From Porticoccaceae bacterium (GTDB lineage Bacteria; Pseudomonadota; Gammaproteobacteria; Pseudomonadales; Porticoccaceae): a DNA stretch of 64,000 nucleotides. Shown here piece after piece: positions 1 through 10,969 of the stretch (its first letter is position 1; each line of letters starts with the position of its first letter). A program made the translations under genes and the position numbers. A model generated the notes under the pieces. It did no database searches and was not told where the DNA came from. It was given only the letters and a program-made list of their open reading frames with translations. Where the stretch lies: NCBI GenBank assembly GCA_029250825.1, contig JAQXEN010000025.1:3698-67697 (forward strand), in the 5' to 3' direction.

Positions 1-1096
1 CAAACTCTTCTCTCAGGCGCGTCAGGTGCTCTGGCGCAATACCCAAGAACGAGAACATGCCGTTCTGGCGCTTGATATGACTAAAATCCAGTCCTGCTGC
101 ATTGTCCTGAATACTGTCGGCCAGCAATGTGCGCATAGCTTTGATTCGCAGGCGAACCTCTTCCAGCTCCGCTTTCCAGTCCTTACAAAGCGCTTCATCG
201 CCCAGAATTAACGAGACTAACAGAGCGCCGTGAGCCGGTGGCATGGAGTACATCTGACGGGCGACCGCCATGGCCTGACCGCCGACAATTGCAGCTTGCT
301 CAGGAGTTTGTGTAATAAAGGTAATCGATCCAGTACGCTCGCGGTAGAGACCAAAGTTCTTAGAGCAGCTCGAGGCCACGACCAACTCCGGTAACTTCTC
401 AGCCATCAGACGCATGCCGTAGGCATCTTCGTCCAAGCCATCACCAAGCCCCTGATAGGCGGTGTCAATAAAGGGTACAAAACCGCGCTCCAGCGCAATC
501 TCAGTAATCTGGTCCCACTGTTCGTTGCTCAGATCCGCGCCAGTCGGGTTATGACAGCAACCATGCAACAGCACCACATCACCAGCGGGAACCCGGCGCA
601 GAGTCTCAAGCATTAGGTCAATATTGACCTCGCGAGTCGCTGTGTCGTAATAGGGATATTCTGCAATCTCAAAACCCGCACTGCCAAGCAGTGGGATATG
701 GTTCGGCCAGGTGGGTGTGCCAACCCATAATTTTGCCTCGGGGCGAGCGCGACGAATCACCTCAGCACCGACTCTCAAAGCGCCAGAACCACCTGGGGCC
801 TGCAGGCTCTTAGCTCGTCCAGATGCCAGAACAGCGTGATCCTGACCAAACATCAACTGCAACATTCTGCTGTTGTACTCAGCATCGCCAGCAATGCCTT
901 GATAGGATTTGGTTTTCTCAAGCTCGGCCAATTTGGCTTCGGCGCGTTTTACCGAATCCATAACCGGCGTTTGACCGCGATCATTCATATAGACGCCAAC
1001 GCCTAAATCGATTTTAGTCTCGCGCGGGTCTTCTCGAAAAGCCGCCATCAATCCAAGAATAGGATCAGCAACTACGGGCTTTAAACTTTCAAACAT
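1..1096 (-). CDS. aspartate/aromatic-amino-acid aminotransferase (class I, AspC/TyrB type); 3' end lies beyond the window edge
   Basis: Not in the ORF track because there is no stop in the window. Manual reverse translation from ATG at 1096-1094 gives MFESLKPVVADPILGLMAAFREDPRETKIDLGVGVY... and the PLP-lysine motif SSCSKNFGLYRERTGS. The frame stays open to position 1. Confidence 0.85.
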   Translation of the reverse strand, partial: MFESLKPVVADPILGLMAAFREDPRETKIDLGVGVYMNDRGQTPVMDSVKRAEAKLAELEKTKSYQGIAGDAEYNSRMLQLMFGQDHAVLASGRAKSLQAPGGSGALRVGAEVIRRARPEAKLWVGTPTWPNHIPLLGSAGFEIAEYPYYDTATREVNIDLMLETLRRVPAGDVVLLHGCCHNPTGADLSNEQWDQITEIALERGFVPFIDTAYQGLGDGLDEDAYGMRLMAEKLPELVVASSCSKNFGLYRERTGSITFITQTPEQAAIVGGQAMAVARQMYSMPPAHGALLVSLILGDEALCKDWKAELEEVRLRIKAMRTLLADSIQDNAAGLDFSHIKRQNGMFSFLGIAPEHLTRLREEF

Positions 1097-1218
1097 CGGT
1101 GGTTTCCTGTGGAATTAAATGTGGGCCAAAATTCGGGTGACAGTACTGGTAAAAGTACGGATAAAACTACGGGTAAAAAAATTGCAGGCGTGATTCTACT
1201 ATGTCTGGCGAGATTTGG

Positions 1219-2028
1219 TTACGGTTTTGTCGGTGTTTTCGTCTCAATAAAGGCCCTTATTGAGGCGTTTACCGTTTCCGGCTTCTCTGCGTGTAACCAA
1301 TGGGCGGTATCTGCAATAATTTCTAATTGAGAATGAGGGAATAACTGTTCGATAATCGGGCGATGTTTATCCTGAATATAGGCCGAATGCTCACCCTTCA
1401 AAAACAGCGCTGGCCCAACGTAGGGTTGCCCTGTGGGCGCTGCCACCAATGTGCTGGCATAGTTCTGATTTATTGAGGATAAATTTAGCTTTAAACTAAA
1501 GTCACCCTCGGGGCTGCGGGCGAGATTTTTCAGCAAAAAGGCGCGTACTGATGCCTCGGCAATATGCTCGCTAATCAGCGCATCAGCATCACGCCGGCTT
1601 TTGATCGTATTTTTCGCCAGTAGATTGAGCCCATCAAGAGCGGCGTCCTGACGCGCGCCATAGTTGACCGGCGCTATATCAATTACCACCAAATCAGTGA
1701 CCCGCTGGGGATTATTCAGCGCCACCTGCATTGCCACCTTGCCACCCAAAGAGTGGCCAATCAAACTCGCACTAACGAGGTTGAGATCATCCATCAACTC
1801 AACAATATCGGCAGCCATAGAGGGCAGATCCATCAGTAACTCATGGGGCGAGTCACCGTGATTGCGCAGATCCACGCTGACAACACGATAATCTGCGACC
1901 AAGGAGCGCGCCAGCACCCCCAGATTGCTCAGTGAACCAAACATACCGTGAATCAGAATAACGGTTGGACGGTTTTCCTGCCCCTCTAAAAGGTCATTGC
2001 CGGACTGAAGCGTATAGTTGAGTTTCAT
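1219..2028 (-). CDS. alpha/beta-fold hydrolase (YbfF-like esterase)
   Basis: 269-aa ORF with oxyanion-type ILIHGMFGS and nucleophile elbow IGHSLGGKVA; the length fits YbfF-type esterases. Confidence 0.8.
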   Translation of the reverse strand: MKLNYTLQSGNDLLEGQENRPTVILIHGMFGSLSNLGVLARSLVADYRVVSVDLRNHGDSPHELLMDLPSMAADIVELMDDLNLVSASLIGHSLGGKVAMQVALNNPQRVTDLVVIDIAPVNYGARQDAALDGLNLLAKNTIKSRRDADALISEHIAEASVRAFLLKNLARSPEGDFSLKLNLSSINQNYASTLVAAPTGQPYVGPALFLKGEHSAYIQDKHRPIIEQLFPHSQLEIIADTAHWLHAEKPETVNASIRAFIETKTPTKP

Positions 2029-2046
2029 AGTACTTTTGGGATGCCT

Positions 2047-2874
2047 CTATTTAGCAGCTTGACGATTGCGATATTTTTCTTTGTTTTTACGGCCCTGCTC
2101 GTAGAGTTTCGGACGCAGACGCCGACGTAAGTTCGGAAACAGATAGCTGATATGGGTAAGTTTAGCGCTTGCCGCCGGCAGCACCACCTCGACTTCCTCT
2201 CCCGAAGCCACGGTCAAAATACCCGCGGCAACCTGCTCTGCACTACTCATGGGCTGAGAGAACACAATATCCTCCACGGCATCAATTTCATCCATAATAA
2301 AACCGGTGTCGATTGGACCCGGAGAAACTGAACCCACGCTGATACCGCTATCTCGGAGTTCATCTGCCAAGGCATAACTAAAGGCGCGCAATCCGGCTTT
2401 GGTAGCACTGTAAGTTGCAGCACCCTGCAGCGGCGCGCGGCCAGCCAATGAGCCAACATTTACAATCGCACCCTCACCTGCACGCTGAAGATAGGGAATC
2501 GCGGCACAGGACAACAGCAAGGGCGCGCGCATATTGATATCGACCATGGCGGCAACATCCGCAGGCGAAACCGTTTTAAGATCCCCTCGCGCATGCATAC
2601 CGGCATTATTAATAATCACATGCACCGCGCCAAAGGCAGCCTCGGCTTTTTCTAGAAGCGCTAAACAATCATCGTTGTTCGCTACATTCATCACCACCGT
2701 CAGCACTTCGCACTGAGAGCGCAGCTCCTCGGCAATGGTATTTAAAGCGGCTTCACCGCGGGCTACCAGAACAAGCTTGGCCTTATGACTGGCGAATAGA
2801 CGGGCGCAGGCTGCACCAACTCCGGCGGATGCGCCAGTAATGATTACAGTTTTGTTTTCAAAGGACTTTATCAT
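2047..2874 (-). CDS. short-chain dehydrogenase/reductase (SDR)
   Basis: Rossmann motif ITGASAGVG, NNAG, and catalytic YSATK. Confidence 0.85.
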   Translation of the reverse strand: MIKSFENKTVIITGASAGVGAACARLFASHKAKLVLVARGEAALNTIAEELRSQCEVLTVVMNVANNDDCLALLEKAEAAFGAVHVIINNAGMHARGDLKTVSPADVAAMVDINMRAPLLLSCAAIPYLQRAGEGAIVNVGSLAGRAPLQGAATYSATKAGLRAFSYALADELRDSGISVGSVSPGPIDTGFIMDEIDAVEDIVFSQPMSSAEQVAAGILTVASGEEVEVVLPAASAKLTHISYLFPNLRRRLRPKLYEQGRKNKEKYRNRQAAK

Positions 2875-2990
2875 TTTTATTTTTATTCCTTAATTAGAGT
2901 AGGAGATCATTTAAAAGATCGGATTTTCACTGGACAGCAGTATAACCCCGTCAGATCAAAAGGCGCATGACACAGAGGGATACTGCACCA

Positions 2991-4448
2991 CTATTGGTCT
3001 ATGCCGCCCATACAAATATATTTCAGATCCATGTAGTCATCCATTCCATATTTGGATCCCTCGCGGCCACTGCCCGATTCTTTGACGCCACCGAATGGTG
3101 CCATCTCATTGGAGATCACGCCCTCATTGACGCCGACAATGCCGTATTCAAGTTGCTCGGCAACACGCCAGACACGGCCTATATCACGGGAATAAAAATA
3201 GGCTGCCAAGCCAAATTCAGTGTCATTGGCCATCGCCACAACCTCGGCTTCAGTTTCAAACTTAAACACCGGTGCCACGGGGCCAAAAATCTCCTCGGAG
3301 AAAACCCGCATATCGCGGCTGACATCTGTGAGAATAGTCGGCAAGACAAAGGCACCACCGAGATCACTGCGACCGCCGCCAAGCGCAACCTTAGCGCCCT
3401 TGGTCACAGCATCATCAATAAAGTCACAGACATTGTTGGCCGCCTTTTCATCGATTAGTGGGCCAACAGTGACGCCCTCCTCGGTGCCATTACCGATAAC
3501 GAGGTTCTGGGTGGCGACAGTCAGTTTGCGAACAAATTCATCATAGATTCCAGCTTGCACAATAATTCGGTTGGAGCAGACACAGGTCTGTCCAGCATTA
3601 CGATACTTTGATACCAATGTGCCCTGCACCGCGGCATCAATATCTGCGTCATCAAAAACAATAAAGGGTGCATTGCCACCCAACTCCATGGAAGTGCGCT
3701 TAACCGTTTGGGCACATTCCGCCATCAGCTGCTTGCCCACGGGGGTAGAGCCGGTAAAGGTCACTTTTCGAACCAATGGATTGCCGGTCAACTCGGCGCC
3801 AATCTGAGCTGTACGACCTGTGACTATATTCATTAGGCCCCGAGGGAAACCAGCACGCACAGCAAGCTCCATCAGCGCCAAGGCTGACAGCGGCGTGGCA
3901 TTAGCCGGTTTACAGACAACTGCACAGCCCGCCGCAATAGCCGGTGCGATCTTGCGCGTCAGCATGGCATTGGGGAAATTCCACGGCGTAATACAGGCAA
4001 CAACCCCTACCGGCTGCTTAATCACCACAATGCGCTTATCGTTTGAGGGCTGCGGAATCATATCACCATAGACGCGCTTGGACTCTTCGGAGAACCACTC
4101 TATATAGTTGGCACCATAGGCCACTTCACCTCGAGCTTCAGCCAGGGGCTTGCCCTGCTCAGCAGTCAGTATTTGCGCCAGATCTTCTTGATTCTCCATC
4201 ACCAGATCAAACCAGCGACGCAGTACCGCGGCGCGCTCTTTAATAGTGGATTTAGCCCACTGTTTTTGGGCCACAGCTGCAGCTTCAATCATGCGCCGGG
4301 TTTCAGCTGTACCGCACTTGACCACTTCGGCGATTGTCTCGCCGTTGGCAGGATTGACAACTGCGAGAGTCTCCCCGCTATCTGCGTCTACCCACTGGCC
4401 ATCAATATGCGCCTGAGTTTTCAGTAAGCTGTTATCGTGTAATTGCAA
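2991..4448 (-). CDS. gabD: NAD(P)-dependent succinate-semialdehyde dehydrogenase (aldehyde dehydrogenase family)
   Basis: 485 aa with ALDH motifs FTGSTPVGK, MELGGNAPFIV and catalytic-Cys region GQTCVCSNR. Overall it resembles GabD. Confidence 0.8.
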   Translation of the reverse strand: MQLHDNSLLKTQAHIDGQWVDADSGETLAVVNPANGETIAEVVKCGTAETRRMIEAAAVAQKQWAKSTIKERAAVLRRWFDLVMENQEDLAQILTAEQGKPLAEARGEVAYGANYIEWFSEESKRVYGDMIPQPSNDKRIVVIKQPVGVVACITPWNFPNAMLTRKIAPAIAAGCAVVCKPANATPLSALALMELAVRAGFPRGLMNIVTGRTAQIGAELTGNPLVRKVTFTGSTPVGKQLMAECAQTVKRTSMELGGNAPFIVFDDADIDAAVQGTLVSKYRNAGQTCVCSNRIIVQAGIYDEFVRKLTVATQNLVIGNGTEEGVTVGPLIDEKAANNVCDFIDDAVTKGAKVALGGGRSDLGGAFVLPTILTDVSRDMRVFSEEIFGPVAPVFKFETEAEVVAMANDTEFGLAAYFYSRDIGRVWRVAEQLEYGIVGVNEGVISNEMAPFGGVKESGSGREGSKYGMDDYMDLKYICMGGIDQ

Positions 4449-4719
4449 TTCCGTGTCTCCTTGAGATTCGCTAAGGCTGTATTCAGCTTGTAATGAGCCG
4501 CAATAAAAAGCGCCGCAACCACAAGCACCCTTTTGTGTAAGTCGGTTAATACAACGCCATTAGTTAATTTCCAACAATACCCTATAGTGGCAACTGCGAC
4601 CACAGTCTGCGAGTGTAGAACAACTATTTCCAGTATTCCTAGAAAAGCGGTAACCTGACTCAGGAATTATATTTAACAGATAAACTGGCTAACCGACAAA
4701 GCTGCCGACCAATAAAACT

Positions 4720-5313
4720 ATGTCAGATTCACAACTCTACTTTTGTCGCGACGGTATACACACCCATTTGGTGATACCCAGTGCCGCCTTGCTCCGCGTC
4801 TTGCCCGAGCTCGACGAGCAGTTGCGCGGCACCCAGTGGGCGCGAATTGGCTGGGGCGACTACCTCTATTACGGCTCAGCGCAACAATCCCTTATGCTTG
4901 GATTGCGCGCCCTGTTATTGCCCACCAGAGCAACAATCGCCGTGCTCGGCATTTCAGACATTAACCAATACCGCAGCAGCTACGCCACCGGCAGAACCTA
5001 CAGTATCAATGCAAACCTTGGGGTAATCGATGCCGTGGTGGCCTTTATCTCACGACACTTTAAAGTGGACAAATACCACCAGTTGATCAAGGTTCGCGCG
5101 CGCGACAGTGGCGAAACTTTTTTTCAGTCGCGAGGCATCTATATGTGCATCAACACCTGCAATAACTGGACATCTCGCGGCCTTAAAATTGCCGGGCTGC
5201 GCTGCCTGCCGCGATTAAACTTTTTACCCAGTCAGGTAGAGCGATCAGTGCGCCGCAACGGTTACCTGCCGCTACCACTGTTACTGCCTGAGCCCCAACA
5301 GCAGAGCAATTAA
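4720..5313 (+). CDS. DUF2459 (TIGR02117-like) family protein
   Basis: 197 aa. The N-terminal DGIHTHLVIP pattern and the size match what I recall of DUF2459. No catalytic assignment is possible. Confidence 0.55.
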   Translation: MSDSQLYFCRDGIHTHLVIPSAALLRVLPELDEQLRGTQWARIGWGDYLYYGSAQQSLMLGLRALLLPTRATIAVLGISDINQYRSSYATGRTYSINANLGVIDAVVAFISRHFKVDKYHQLIKVRARDSGETFFQSRGIYMCINTCNNWTSRGLKIAGLRCLPRLNFLPSQVERSVRRNGYLPLPLLLPEPQQQSN

Positions 5314-5446
5314 TACCCTTGTGGCTAAGCGGTCAGATTTAGGGCTATCAAAGGACTAACAGCTATCCTAGGATGCTGAAATAAGATCAAAATAAGTCAA
5401 CCTAATAAATCAACTCTAATAAATCAAAAATAGACCGAGGCAAGCA

Positions 5447-6124
5447 ATGATTGAGTATAAGCAAGAAGGCGATGTAGCAATTCTTAACTGGGACGATGGC
5501 AAAGTGAACTCTCTGAGTCATGCCACTGTTGACCTGTTTAATGAACAACTGGACCGCGCCGAAAAAGACGCCTCAGCAGTGGTTATTCACGGTCGCCCCG
5601 GTCTTCTTTCAGCAGGCTTCAATCTTAAAGAGGTCTCGGCAGAAACGGCTGCTCAGTCCGCAGATGACAGGCTTTTGCCCGCTCTTGTGAATAAAGGCGC
5701 AGCCTTGCTATTAAGAGTCTTTAGCCACCCCCAGCCAGTAGTGACTGCCTGCACCGGCCATGCCATTGCTGCCGGCGGCATGATGTTACTGGCCTCAGAT
5801 ACCCGCATTGGTGTTCAGGGTGAGTTTAAGATTGCCCTAAATGAAACAGTGATTGATATGATTTTGCCGGCCTTCGGTATAGAGCTGGTTAAGTCCCGAC
5901 TAACACCGCGCTTTCAAACTATGTGTGCCATTCAAGCCCATATGTTCACCCCGGAAACCGCTCTTGAAGCAGGTTTCTTTGACGAGCTCGTCAGTGCCGA
6001 AGAAGTGTTGCCACGGGCTCTTGAGCATGCCACTGCGTTAGCCAAGCTGCCAGCAGTGTATGGCGTCAATAAGATGATGCTGCGTCAATCACACGCCGAT
6101 ATTATTAGAGCCAGTCTCAACTAG
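5447..6124 (+). CDS. enoyl-CoA hydratase/isomerase (crotonase) family protein
   Basis: 225 aa with a crotonase-like layout (GRPGLLSAGFNL ... TGHAIAAGGMMLLASDTRI). Confidence 0.75.
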   Translation: MIEYKQEGDVAILNWDDGKVNSLSHATVDLFNEQLDRAEKDASAVVIHGRPGLLSAGFNLKEVSAETAAQSADDRLLPALVNKGAALLLRVFSHPQPVVTACTGHAIAAGGMMLLASDTRIGVQGEFKIALNETVIDMILPAFGIELVKSRLTPRFQTMCAIQAHMFTPETALEAGFFDELVSAEEVLPRALEHATALAKLPAVYGVNKMMLRQSHADIIRASLN

Positions 6125-6149
6125 CCGGTAAGGACAGAGGGGCAAACTT

Positions 6150-7169
6150 ATGACCGATATTTCAGTTGATAGTGCATCAAGTAGATACCGCATCTATGGT
6201 GCCGAATTATCACCCTACTCAGTTAAGGTGCGCTCCTACTTTCGCTTTAAACAGATTCCCCACCAGTGGATTATTCGCAGCACTGACACCATGGACGACT
6301 TCGCAAAATTCGCCAAGTTACCCATTATTCCTCTAGTGGTCAGCCCGCAGCTTCAGGGTGCTCAGGATTCAACTCTGATTATTCAGCACCTTGAATCAGA
6401 GCATCAAAAAGACAGCATCTATCCACAGGATACAACCGTTAACTTTGTCTCCACTCTGCTAGAGGAGTTTGGTGATGAATGGGGTAATAAGTGGATGTTT
6501 CATTACCGCTGGGCTCGGGATATCGATCAGCTTGCCTCGGCGCGACGCATTGCTCAGTTAACACAACCGGATGCCAATGCTGAGCAACTAGACCAACTAA
6601 CCGAGCAAGTGCGTCTGCGCATGACCGGCCGAGTTTGGTTTGTCGGGTCTAATCCAGAGACCGCACCGCAGATCGAAGCCTCCCTGCATCTGGCTCTCAA
6701 ACAACTTGAAGTACATTTAGAATCACGCGCCTATCTCCTTGGTGACCGGCCCTCATTTGGCGACTTTAGCCTTTGGGGCCAGCTCTATAATGTCTGGACC
6801 GACCCCACTAATTGCGCCCTGATCGAAGCCACAATGCCCAACCTACTGGCCTGGATTCAACGTATGCTGTGGCCACGTATAGAAGGTGACTTTGAAACGT
6901 GGGAAACATTAAAACCAACACTAAAGCCCTTTATCAAGGCGCAGATTGGCGACCTATTCCTGCCCTGGACTCAGGCCAATGCCGAAGCCATTGCTCAGGG
7001 TAAAGCCGAATTTTCAGTGCAGTTAAATGGTCAGACCTGGACGCAAAAACCTCAGAAGTACCACGCTAAGTCCTATCAGGTGCTGCGTGAAAAATACGCG
7101 GCCCTCAACAGTGATCAGGCAACCAATGAGCTACTACAAAAAACCGGTTGTCTCGGAGCACTTATCTAA
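6150..7169 (+). CDS. glutathione S-transferase-fold protein (long, about 340 aa)
   Basis: N-terminal thioredoxin-like segment (YGAELSPYSVKVRSYF), then EEFGDEWGNKWMFHYRW. Clear paralogue of 40016-41059. Confidence 0.7.
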   Translation: MTDISVDSASSRYRIYGAELSPYSVKVRSYFRFKQIPHQWIIRSTDTMDDFAKFAKLPIIPLVVSPQLQGAQDSTLIIQHLESEHQKDSIYPQDTTVNFVSTLLEEFGDEWGNKWMFHYRWARDIDQLASARRIAQLTQPDANAEQLDQLTEQVRLRMTGRVWFVGSNPETAPQIEASLHLALKQLEVHLESRAYLLGDRPSFGDFSLWGQLYNVWTDPTNCALIEATMPNLLAWIQRMLWPRIEGDFETWETLKPTLKPFIKAQIGDLFLPWTQANAEAIAQGKAEFSVQLNGQTWTQKPQKYHAKSYQVLREKYAALNSDQATNELLQKTGCLGALI

Positions 7170-7243
7170 GCGCAGCAGATCAAACTCGTCTTTAAAGCAA
7201 CCAGTCTAGAAATAGAGACTTTTCTCGACTTTTTCTCGGCGCG

Positions 7244-7274
7244 CCATTGAAATTCTTTTTGTTGACCCCATTTC
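7244..7274 (+). promoter_or_regulatory. sigma32 (heat-shock) type promoter of hslVU
   Basis: CCATTGAAA (7244-7252), a 13-nt spacer, then CCCCATTT (7266-7273). This matches the CTTGAAA-N13/14-CCCCATnT consensus. An AAGGAG RBS lies at 7290-7295, ahead of the GTG start at 7303. Confidence 0.55.
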
Positions 7275-7302
7275 TAAAAGGATCAACAAAAGGAGTAAGC
7301 TC

Positions 7303-7848
7303 GTGGAACAGTACCGCGGAACAACCATTCTTTCAGTGCGCCGCAATGGCAAAGTTGTGATTGGCGGCGATGGCCAGGTCAGTCTTGGCAACACCGTTAT
7401 GAAGGGCAATGCACGCAAAGTCAGACGCCTGTACAACGATAAAGTCATCGCCGGTTTTGCCGGTGGCACCGCCGACGCCTTCACCCTATTTGAACGCTTT
7501 GAAGCCAAGCTCGAACAGCATCAGGGCAACCTTACCCGCGCCGCTGTAGAACTGGCCAAAGACTGGCGCAGTGACCGCATCCTGCGCAAACTCGAAGCGC
7601 TTCTGGCGGTGGCAGACAGTGAAGCTTCATTGATCATTACCGGTAATGGTGATGTGATTCAGCCAGAAGATGACCTTATCGCCATTGGATCTGGTGGCCC
7701 CTTTGCCCAATCTGCTGCCCGAGCTCTGCTCGATAACACCGAGATGAGCGCCCGAGACATTGTTGAACAGGGCCTCAAAATCGCCGGTGATATTTGTATC
7801 TACACCAACCACAATCGCACTCTTGAAGAGCTCGATAGCAATGTTTAA
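7303..7848 (+). CDS. hslV: ATP-dependent protease subunit HslV
   Basis: 181 aa with [21 protein letters not shown] (N-terminal Thr protease) and GSGGPFA. GTG start behind a good RBS. Confidence 0.95.
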   Translation: MEQYRGTTILSVRRNGKVVIGGDGQVSLGNTVMKGNARKVRRLYNDKVIAGFAGGTADAFTLFERFEAKLEQHQGNLTRAAVELAKDWRSDRILRKLEALLAVADSEASLIITGNGDVIQPEDDLIAIGSGGPFAQSAARALLDNTEMSARDIVEQGLKIAGDICIYTNHNRTLEELDSNV

Positions 7849-7911
7849 GTGCTACTAGGCGCCGCCATAATCGGTGCCTAGAGCGTTTTGTAAAATTAAT
7901 TAGGATTACCT

Positions 7912-9240
7912 ATGTCTCAAATGACCCCTCGCGAAATCGTCCACGAGCTGAACCGCCATATTATTGGTCAGGATGATGCCAAGCGTTCAGTGGCCATTGC
8001 CCTACGCAATCGCTGGCGCCGAGCCCAACTCGATGATGAAATGCGCAATGAAGTCACACCGAAAAATATTCTTATGATCGGCCCCACAGGTGTCGGCAAA
8101 ACCGAAATCGCTCGACGTCTCGCGCGCCTTGCCAATGCGCCCTTTGTAAAAGTGGAAGCGACCAAATTTACCGAAGTGGGTTATGTGGGCAAAGATGTGG
8201 AATCGATTATTCGCGATCTGGTAGAAACCTCCGTCAAGCAGGTGCGCGAACATGAGATCAAAAAGGTCGAACAGCGCGCTATGGACTCCGCGGAAGAGCG
8301 TATTCTCGATGTGCTGTTGCCACCGGCACGGAGCAGCGATGGACAGACTGAGCAGACCAGCTCCACGCGACAGATCTTCCGCAAAAAACTCCGCGAAGGT
8401 GCACTGGATGACAAAGAGATTGAAATAGAACTCAGTCAGACCGCCGCCGGTGTGGAAATCATGTCCCCTCCCGGCATGGAAGAGATGACCTCGCAGCTGC
8501 AGAATATGTTTAGCAGCATGGGTAAAGGCAAAGCTGTCACGCGCAAACTCACCGTTGCCGACGCAATGAAAAACCTCAAGGAGGAGGAAGCCGCCAAACT
8601 GATCAATGAAGAAGAGATCAAAGCCAACGCGGTACATGCCGCAGAACAGAATGGCATCGTCTTCCTCGATGAAATCGACAAAGTCTGCCGCCGAGGCGAA
8701 GCCAGTGGTGCCGATGTCTCCCGAGAAGGTGTACAGCGAGATCTGCTGCCCCTAATTGAGGGCAGCACCGTCTCAACGAAATACGGCATGATCAAAACCG
8801 ACCATATTTTGTTTATTGCCTCTGGGGCCTTTCATCTGGCCAAGCCATCGGATCTGATTCCCGAGCTTCAGGGTCGACTGCCAATTCGAGTGGAATTGCA
8901 CTCATTAAAAATCAATGACTTCGAGCGTATTCTCACTGAACCCAAAGCCTCTCTGACCAAGCAATACTGCGAGCTGATGGCCACCGAGGGACTGGATATT
9001 AGCTTTACCGACGATGGCGTGCGACGCATTGCCGAGATCGCTTTTGATGTCAACGAAGGTACCGAGAATATTGGTGCACGGCGTCTGCATACGATTATGG
9101 AGAGACTGCTGGAGGAAATTTCCTACGAGGCCTCTGACCTAGGTGCCAAAGGGGAAAAATTCGCCATCGATAAAGTATTTGTCGACAAGCAGTTAGGCGA
9201 ACTGGCAGCCAATGAAGATCTCACCCGGTTTATTCTCTGA
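7912..9240 (+). CDS. hslU: ATP-dependent protease ATPase subunit HslU
   Basis: 442 aa with [34 protein letters not shown] and Walker [16 protein letters not shown]. Confidence 0.95.
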   Translation: MSQMTPREIVHELNRHIIGQDDAKRSVAIALRNRWRRAQLDDEMRNEVTPKNILMIGPTGVGKTEIARRLARLANAPFVKVEATKFTEVGYVGKDVESIIRDLVETSVKQVREHEIKKVEQRAMDSAEERILDVLLPPARSSDGQTEQTSSTRQIFRKKLREGALDDKEIEIELSQTAAGVEIMSPPGMEEMTSQLQNMFSSMGKGKAVTRKLTVADAMKNLKEEEAAKLINEEEIKANAVHAAEQNGIVFLDEIDKVCRRGEASGADVSREGVQRDLLPLIEGSTVSTKYGMIKTDHILFIASGAFHLAKPSDLIPELQGRLPIRVELHSLKINDFERILTEPKASLTKQYCELMATEGLDISFTDDGVRRIAEIAFDVNEGTENIGARRLHTIMERLLEEISYEASDLGAKGEKFAIDKVFVDKQLGELAANEDLTRFIL

Positions 9241-9241
9241 T

Positions 9242-9637
9242 ATGGCCCATGATCTAACTAGCACAGTGCCCCGGCGCATGGCCGTCAATCAAGCTAAAGA
9301 TTGCCTCAGCATCGACTATGCCGGGGACCTGCGCCATCAACTGCCAGCCGAGTATCTCCGCGTGCTCTCCCCCAGCGCCGAGGTTCGCGGTCACGGCACC
9401 GGGCAGGAAGTATTGCAGTTTGGCAAGCGTCTAGTAACCATCGATTCGATCGCCAAGTCCGGCAACTATGCCATCCAGATCCACTTTAGCGATGGCCATA
9501 ACTCGGGCATTTTTACCTGGGACTATCTCTATGATCTGGGCGCCAATTACAACAGCCATTGGGGCAGCTATTTGGAAACGCTCAATCAGGCGGGTCAAAG
9601 TCGCGATGCGGATACTCAAGTAGTGAAGTTGGTCTAA
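9242..9637 (+). CDS. DUF971 (gamma-butyrobetaine hydroxylase-like N-terminal domain) protein
   Basis: The in-frame ATG at 9242, immediately after the hslU stop, is preferred over the track start at 9212. Carries the FSDGHNSGIFTWDYLYDL motif typical of DUF971. Confidence 0.7.
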   Translation: MAHDLTSTVPRRMAVNQAKDCLSIDYAGDLRHQLPAEYLRVLSPSAEVRGHGTGQEVLQFGKRLVTIDSIAKSGNYAIQIHFSDGHNSGIFTWDYLYDLGANYNSHWGSYLETLNQAGQSRDADTQVVKLV

Positions 9638-10009
9638 GTCAAGACCCGGCGCCAACACGCTTTAGAGTGCCCACCCCCAGCGTGTAATAATGCTTCGGTA
9701 ATGGAATACTTTAAAGCTACTTCTTATGTTCTTAAAACTTATTTGAAAAACTATACTGTGCTACTTGCAAAGCTTAGAGACCATCATCTTTAACTAAGGT
9801 ACAGGCTTCAGGGAATGCGCGACAATTGTAAAAAATAGTCGCCGATACGCAAGCTACTGCTGGTAAATTCGGAAAGTATAAATTTTACTAAACCTGATTA
9901 AGCAAAATTTCTGATAGGTTACAGAAAAGGTAAATTGCGCTTAATATCCCCACTTGCAGTCATTGTTCACTCCATATCTCTGTTCAAAGATGTTCTTGGT
10001 TAAATTGTT

Positions 10010-10969
10010 TTATCCAACCTCAGCGGGAATGCCTTGCATAGACGTCTCAATCTCAGAAAAAGATCTCATGCTCCCATTGCCTCCTGTGAGGAAATCAAGC
10101 GAGAACGCTGTTGCAAGGCGAGCACAGTCAACCAATGGCAGCCCACGTAGATGACCTGCGATGATGCCAGCAACCATGGCATCGCCGGCACCAACCGTGC
10201 TTCGAACAGCAATTTTTGGCGGGCGCACAGTAACGACTTTATCCGCAGTGACAAATAAGGCCCCCTCTTCACCCATCGAAACCACAACCAGTGAGACTCC
10301 TTTTGACGTGTAGTAACGCGCCGCTTTGATTGTTGATTCGCGGGTTGTCAGTTGCTGACCGAGTAATTCTTCTAGTTCATGGATATTCGGCTTCACAATA
10401 TCGGGAATAGCCTCAAGGGCCAGGCGCAATGGCTCTCCGCTGCTATCAAGAACAACCTTCTGCCCACGTGCATGAAATCGTTCAATCAACTCACGATAGA
10501 TAGCTGGATCAATACCCGGTGGCACGCTACCCGCAAGTACTATTAGTGAAGCAGCATTAGTATCTAGCTGATCAAGCTGTTGATAAAAATCCGCTAATTC
10601 AGTGGACCGCGGAGCGATACCAGGGAAGTTGATGTCCGTTGTCTCACCTCGAGCAGAATCGCTGATCTTAATCCCTACGCGAGTCTGCCCGGAAATCCGT
10701 ACAAAATAGTCACTTATATTTTTGTCCTCAAACAGATATTCAAACATCTCTGTATTCTCATTCCCAAGAAATCCTGTCACTGCAACCTTGAAGCCATAAT
10801 CGGCTAGCGCAGACGCGACGTTTACACCTTTGCCGCCGGGGGTAGACTGTTCGCGGTCGACCCGGTTGACCATTGCTGGCGTAAATTGGCTAATGGTAAT
10901 GGTTTTATCGATCGCGGGATTAATGGTAACGGTAATAACGTCAAATTTAGTGTTGCTCATAGAACTCAT
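10010..10969 (-). CDS. fruK: 1-phosphofructokinase (PfkB family)
   Basis: 319 aa with GGKGVNVA and TVGAGDAMVAG motifs. There is a 4-nt start/stop overlap with fruB. Confidence 0.85.
   Translation of the reverse strand: MSSMSNTKFDVITVTINPAIDKTITISQFTPAMVNRVDREQSTPGGKGVNVASALADYGFKVAVTGFLGNENTEMFEYLFEDKNISDYFVRISGQTRVGIKISDSARGETTDINFPGIAPRSTELADFYQQLDQLDTNAASLIVLAGSVPPGIDPAIYRELIERFHARGQKVVLDSSGEPLRLALEAIPDIVKPNIHELEELLGQQLTTRESTIKAARYYTSKGVSLVVVSMGEEGALFVTADKVVTVRPPKIAVRSTVGAGDAMVAGIIAGHLRGLPLVDCARLATAFSLDFLTGGNGSMRSFSEIETSMQGIPAEVG

Noticed and set aside
8002-8637. 211-aa antisense ORF inside hslU; similar antisense or alternative-frame ORFs lie within fruB, fruA, gabD, dnaE2, the PQQ-ADH gene, the DHH gene (27710-28288) and the acyl-CoA synthetase gene.
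   Set aside because: All are fully embedded in well-supported genes. Their products are low-complexity or Arg/Ser/Ala-biased, as is typical of off-frame translation of coding DNA, and they have no motifs or RBS.
9638-10009. Possible hidden gene or RNA in the 370-bp AT-rich spacer between the DUF971 gene and fruK.
   Set aside because: Apart from the tail of a 66-aa track ORF (9954-10154) that runs antisense into fruK, the spacer has no substantial ORF and no strong hairpin or terminator. It shows only an imperfect stem (ACACGCT...AGCGTGT) without a U-run. It is treated as an island border or terminator region, not as a feature.
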